From positions 146,176,369 through 146,231,571 of the forward strand of contig NC_068984.1 in NCBI RefSeq assembly GCF_001194135.2: a stretch of DNA of 55,203 nt. Direction: 5' to 3'. Of this stretch, positions 52,300-55,203 are shown in pieces. A program made the position numbers and the translations under genes. Source of the DNA: Octopus bimaculoides (taxonomy: Eukaryota). The notes beneath the pieces are model-generated. The model was not told the origin of the DNA and ran no database searches. It saw only the letters and a program-made list of their open reading frames with translations. How positions within the stretch are numbered: position 1 is the stretch's first letter; every line of letters starts with the position of its first letter.

Positions 52300-52775
52300 C
52301 TACTCCCAACCAAATGGTTCCAGGTTCAGTCCCACTACATGGCATCTTGGGTAAGAGTTTTCTATCATAGCCTTAGGCCAACCAAAGCCTTATGAGTAGA
52401 TTTGGTAAATGGAAACTCAAAGAAGCCATCGTGTGTGTGTGTGTGTGTGTGTGTGAACTTTTGGTTAGTTGAAATATGTTTGCGACATATTTTAATTTTT
52501 AAAAGCAAATTCACTGCATTTACTGTGGAGAAAAATTCTCTCATGATAAAAAGGCGTAAAAACATGATATCACACACACACACACACACACGTCTCTGTG
52601 TCTTTGGGTTTGTATTCTCCGTTTGTTTACGTGACTTAGAGATTTGGCAAAGAGAGACCAACAGAATAAGTACTTAAAAAAGAGAAAGAAAAGTACTGCG
52701 GTTGATTTGACAGAAACTCTTCAAGGCGATGCCCCAGCATGGCCACCGTCCAATCACTGAAACAAGTAAAAGAAT
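52300..52775 (+). mobile_element. Family B tRNA-derived SINE, interrupted
   Basis: Head at 52300-52460 and tail at 52590-52775, separated by about 130 bp of unrelated sequence. Confidence 0.7.
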
Positions 52776-53631
52776 ATAGACACACACAGGCTTCAAGAGT
52801 CTCCACCAAATTTCCTCACAAGGCATTTGTCAGCTTAGGGCGACAGCAAAACACTTACCACCAGATGCTGCCATGGGGAAACTATCTCTTTATAGATAAA
52901 ACTAGATCAATACTTAAATAAAAAAGCCCGTCTCCACTTGTTCAGGTGGATTTCATTAACACCTGTGTAAGTCTGACATTATCACCTTTATTTCTCTTCG
53001 TTCTCCAATGATCTGGAAATGCTATGGCAAATTTGAATATTCCCACATATTCTGTAACATGTGTTTTTCCTAAAGCGCAGTCTTCTTCTTAAAACTAAAT
53101 TCTAGAAACCAAAGACCAAAAAAAACAAAAAAAAACAAGACAAACCACGGGGAAAATCTCCAAATGAAAAACAGCAGAAGAGAAATCAATATTTACTGAG
53201 AGAAAACGACAAGAGATTTTTATCTGTTTGTTTCAGTCATTTGACTGTGACCAAACTGGGGCACCACCTTGCAGAATTTAACCGAACAAATCGACCCCTG
53301 TGCTTTTAAGATCTGGGACTGAGCCACCAAGTTATGGAGACGTAAACAAGCTGACACCATCTGCCAAGCATCGTTTTCATGGGGTCACACACACACGCAA
53401 CGAGCATTCACCAAGTTTCCATCAACTTAACTGACTCAAGGCATTGGGCTGGCCTGCAGCTCCAACAACCCAAAGTGACTCACCCCTGAAGATTCTATAC
53501 TAGCAGAGATCCTTCGGCATTGCTTGGGAGTAAAAAGGCATAGTTTTTGTACTGTTTTACTTGTTTCAGTCATGTAACTGCAGCCATGCTGGAGCACCAC
53601 CTTTAGTTGAACAAATCGACCCCAGGATTTA

Positions 53632-53669
<38 letters not shown>

Positions 53670-54691
53670 NNNNNNNNNNNNNNNNNNNNNNNNNNNNNNN
53701 NNNNNNNNNNNNNNNNNNNNNNNNNNNNNNNNNNNNNNNNNNNNNNNNNNNNNNNNNNNNNNNNNTGTGTGTGTGTGTGTGTGTGTATTACTGTTTTACT
53801 TGTTTCAGTTATTTGAATGTAGCCATGCTGGAGTACCACCTTATAGTTGAAGAAATTGACCTCTGGACTTATTCTATCAATATCTTCTGCCAAACCGCTA
53901 AGTTATGGGGATGTAAACATACCAACATCGGTTGTCAAGTGATGGTGGTACATATATATATATATAAATGTGTGTGTGTGTGTCTGGTGGGAGTGCACTG
54001 AGTTACAGTTCAACAAAAGAGACTGACATAATAAGTCACAGACTTAAAAAAAGAAGTAAGCACTCGTGTCAATTTATTCAACTGAAACCATTCAAGGCAA
54101 TAGTACAGCATGGCTGCAATCCAATGACTGAAACAAGCAAAAGGTTTAAACGGCAAACTGAATGCAATCTTGCTTAATTAGTCTGTGCCACTTCATTAAA
54201 AAAAAAACTAATTAAGGACGTACTTATTAATTAGCTGTTTTCACCTTGTTTTGCTTCTTTTCAACTTTTATAAACTAGTTTTATGTCATAGATATTTAGG
54301 TGAAGGTCGTAAGACACTTCGCGTATGAAACCCTTGGTAAAGAAAAAAAACAACATCTCGTTGAAATCCCAAGCCATTGTCATTTGAATATTCCAGATGA
54401 CAACAGAGAGAAGAAAAGAAAGTAGATAACAACCGATGCAACTGTTTTAATAGTGCTTTCTCAAATATCAGAAATCTCTTATTTTTTTTATTTGGTTCAG
54501 TTATTGGACTGTGGCCATGCTGGGGCACCAGTTTGAAGGGTTTTAATAGAACAAATTTAGCCCAGCAAATTATTTTTGTTTTCAAAGTCTAGTACTCATT
54601 CTATCGGATTTTTTTTTGCCAAACCGCTAAGTTAAAGGGATGTAAACAAAACAACACTGATTGTTAAGCAGTGGGATGGGGAAACAAAGAT

Positions 54692-54723
<32 letters not shown>

Positions 54724-55025
54724 AAGCACCCATTACACTCTCGGAGTGGTTGGCGTTAGGAAGAGCATCCAGCCGTAGAGACCATGTCAAATCAGACTAG
54801 AGTCTGGTGCAGCCTTCCAGGTGGTCCGCTCTGGTCAAACTGTCCAACCCATGCCAGCATGGTCAACAAGTTTCCAAAAAGTTTGTCCATTAAATTCACT
54901 GTCAAGGCATTGGTTGGCCTGGGGCTAGAGCAGAAGACATTTGCCCAAGGTGCTCTGCAGTGGAACTGAACCTGTAATCAAGTGGTTGCAAAGCAAGCTT
55001 CTTAACCACTCAACCCCTGTGACTT

Positions 55026-55203
55026 CATCATCATCATCATCATCGTTTAACGTCCGCTTTCCATGCTAGCATGGGTTGGACGATTTGACTGAGGACTGGT
55101 GAAACCGGATGGCTACACCAGGCTCCAGTCTGATTTGGCAGAGTTTCTACAGCTGGATGCCCTTCCTAACGCCAACCACTCAGAGAGTGTAGTGGGTGCT
55201 TTT
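55026..55203 (-). mobile_element. Family A retroelement, apparently young, cut by the window end
   Basis: Clean (CAT)n tail and intact core motifs. Confidence 0.85.

Noticed and set aside
52990-53105. Strong minus-strand acceptor (tttggtttctag) in unique sequence
   Set aside because: Stops occur in all three frames before any good donor.
7785-54001. Long track ORFs spanning X runs, or reading CVCVCV, HTHTHT, IYIYIY, LSLSLS or RERERE
   Set aside because: Artefacts of N-gaps and dinucleotide microsatellites.

Overview
This is AT-rich eukaryotic (animal) genomic DNA with ten N-gaps, dense microsatellites and many short retroelements. The repeat landscape (tRNA-headed SINEs with internal (CA)n/(TA)n, RTE-LINE 3' ends with (GAT)n tails) fits a coleoid cephalopod, probably Octopus; that is inference from pattern recognition. 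The only protein-coding content I can support is four minus-strand exons forming one open, phase-consistent reading frame: 16262-16056, 5318-5017, 3645-3585 and 1923-1825. They encode a 6-Cys EGF-like module, a ~120-aa Ser/Thr-rich stalk and the start of a PKD domain (PPLKVSAGSNKRLQLPKNEIILTAYV), which resembles PKD1 of the KIAA0319/KIAA0319L (AAVR) family. The gene runs off the left end of the window. Its signal peptide and MANEC exons were not found, so 16.3-55.2 kb is probably largely intron. Nearly all other ORFs in the supplied track come from microsatellites, repeats or N-runs. Mobile elements include RTE LINE fragments (one with a 13-bp target-site duplication), a dead Tc1 transposase remnant, piggyBac-, Tigger- and hAT-like MITEs, and a foldback element. 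The most interesting non-coding items are a tRNA-headed SINE carrying a degenerate hammerhead-ribozyme core, a near-perfect 41-bp hairpin, a ~135-bp foldback hairpin, and an inverted repeat pair bracketing the two stalk exons. I found no convincing evidence of a wholly new multi-gene system. Repeat boundaries are approximate (about +/-20 bp). Exon boundaries were read base by base.
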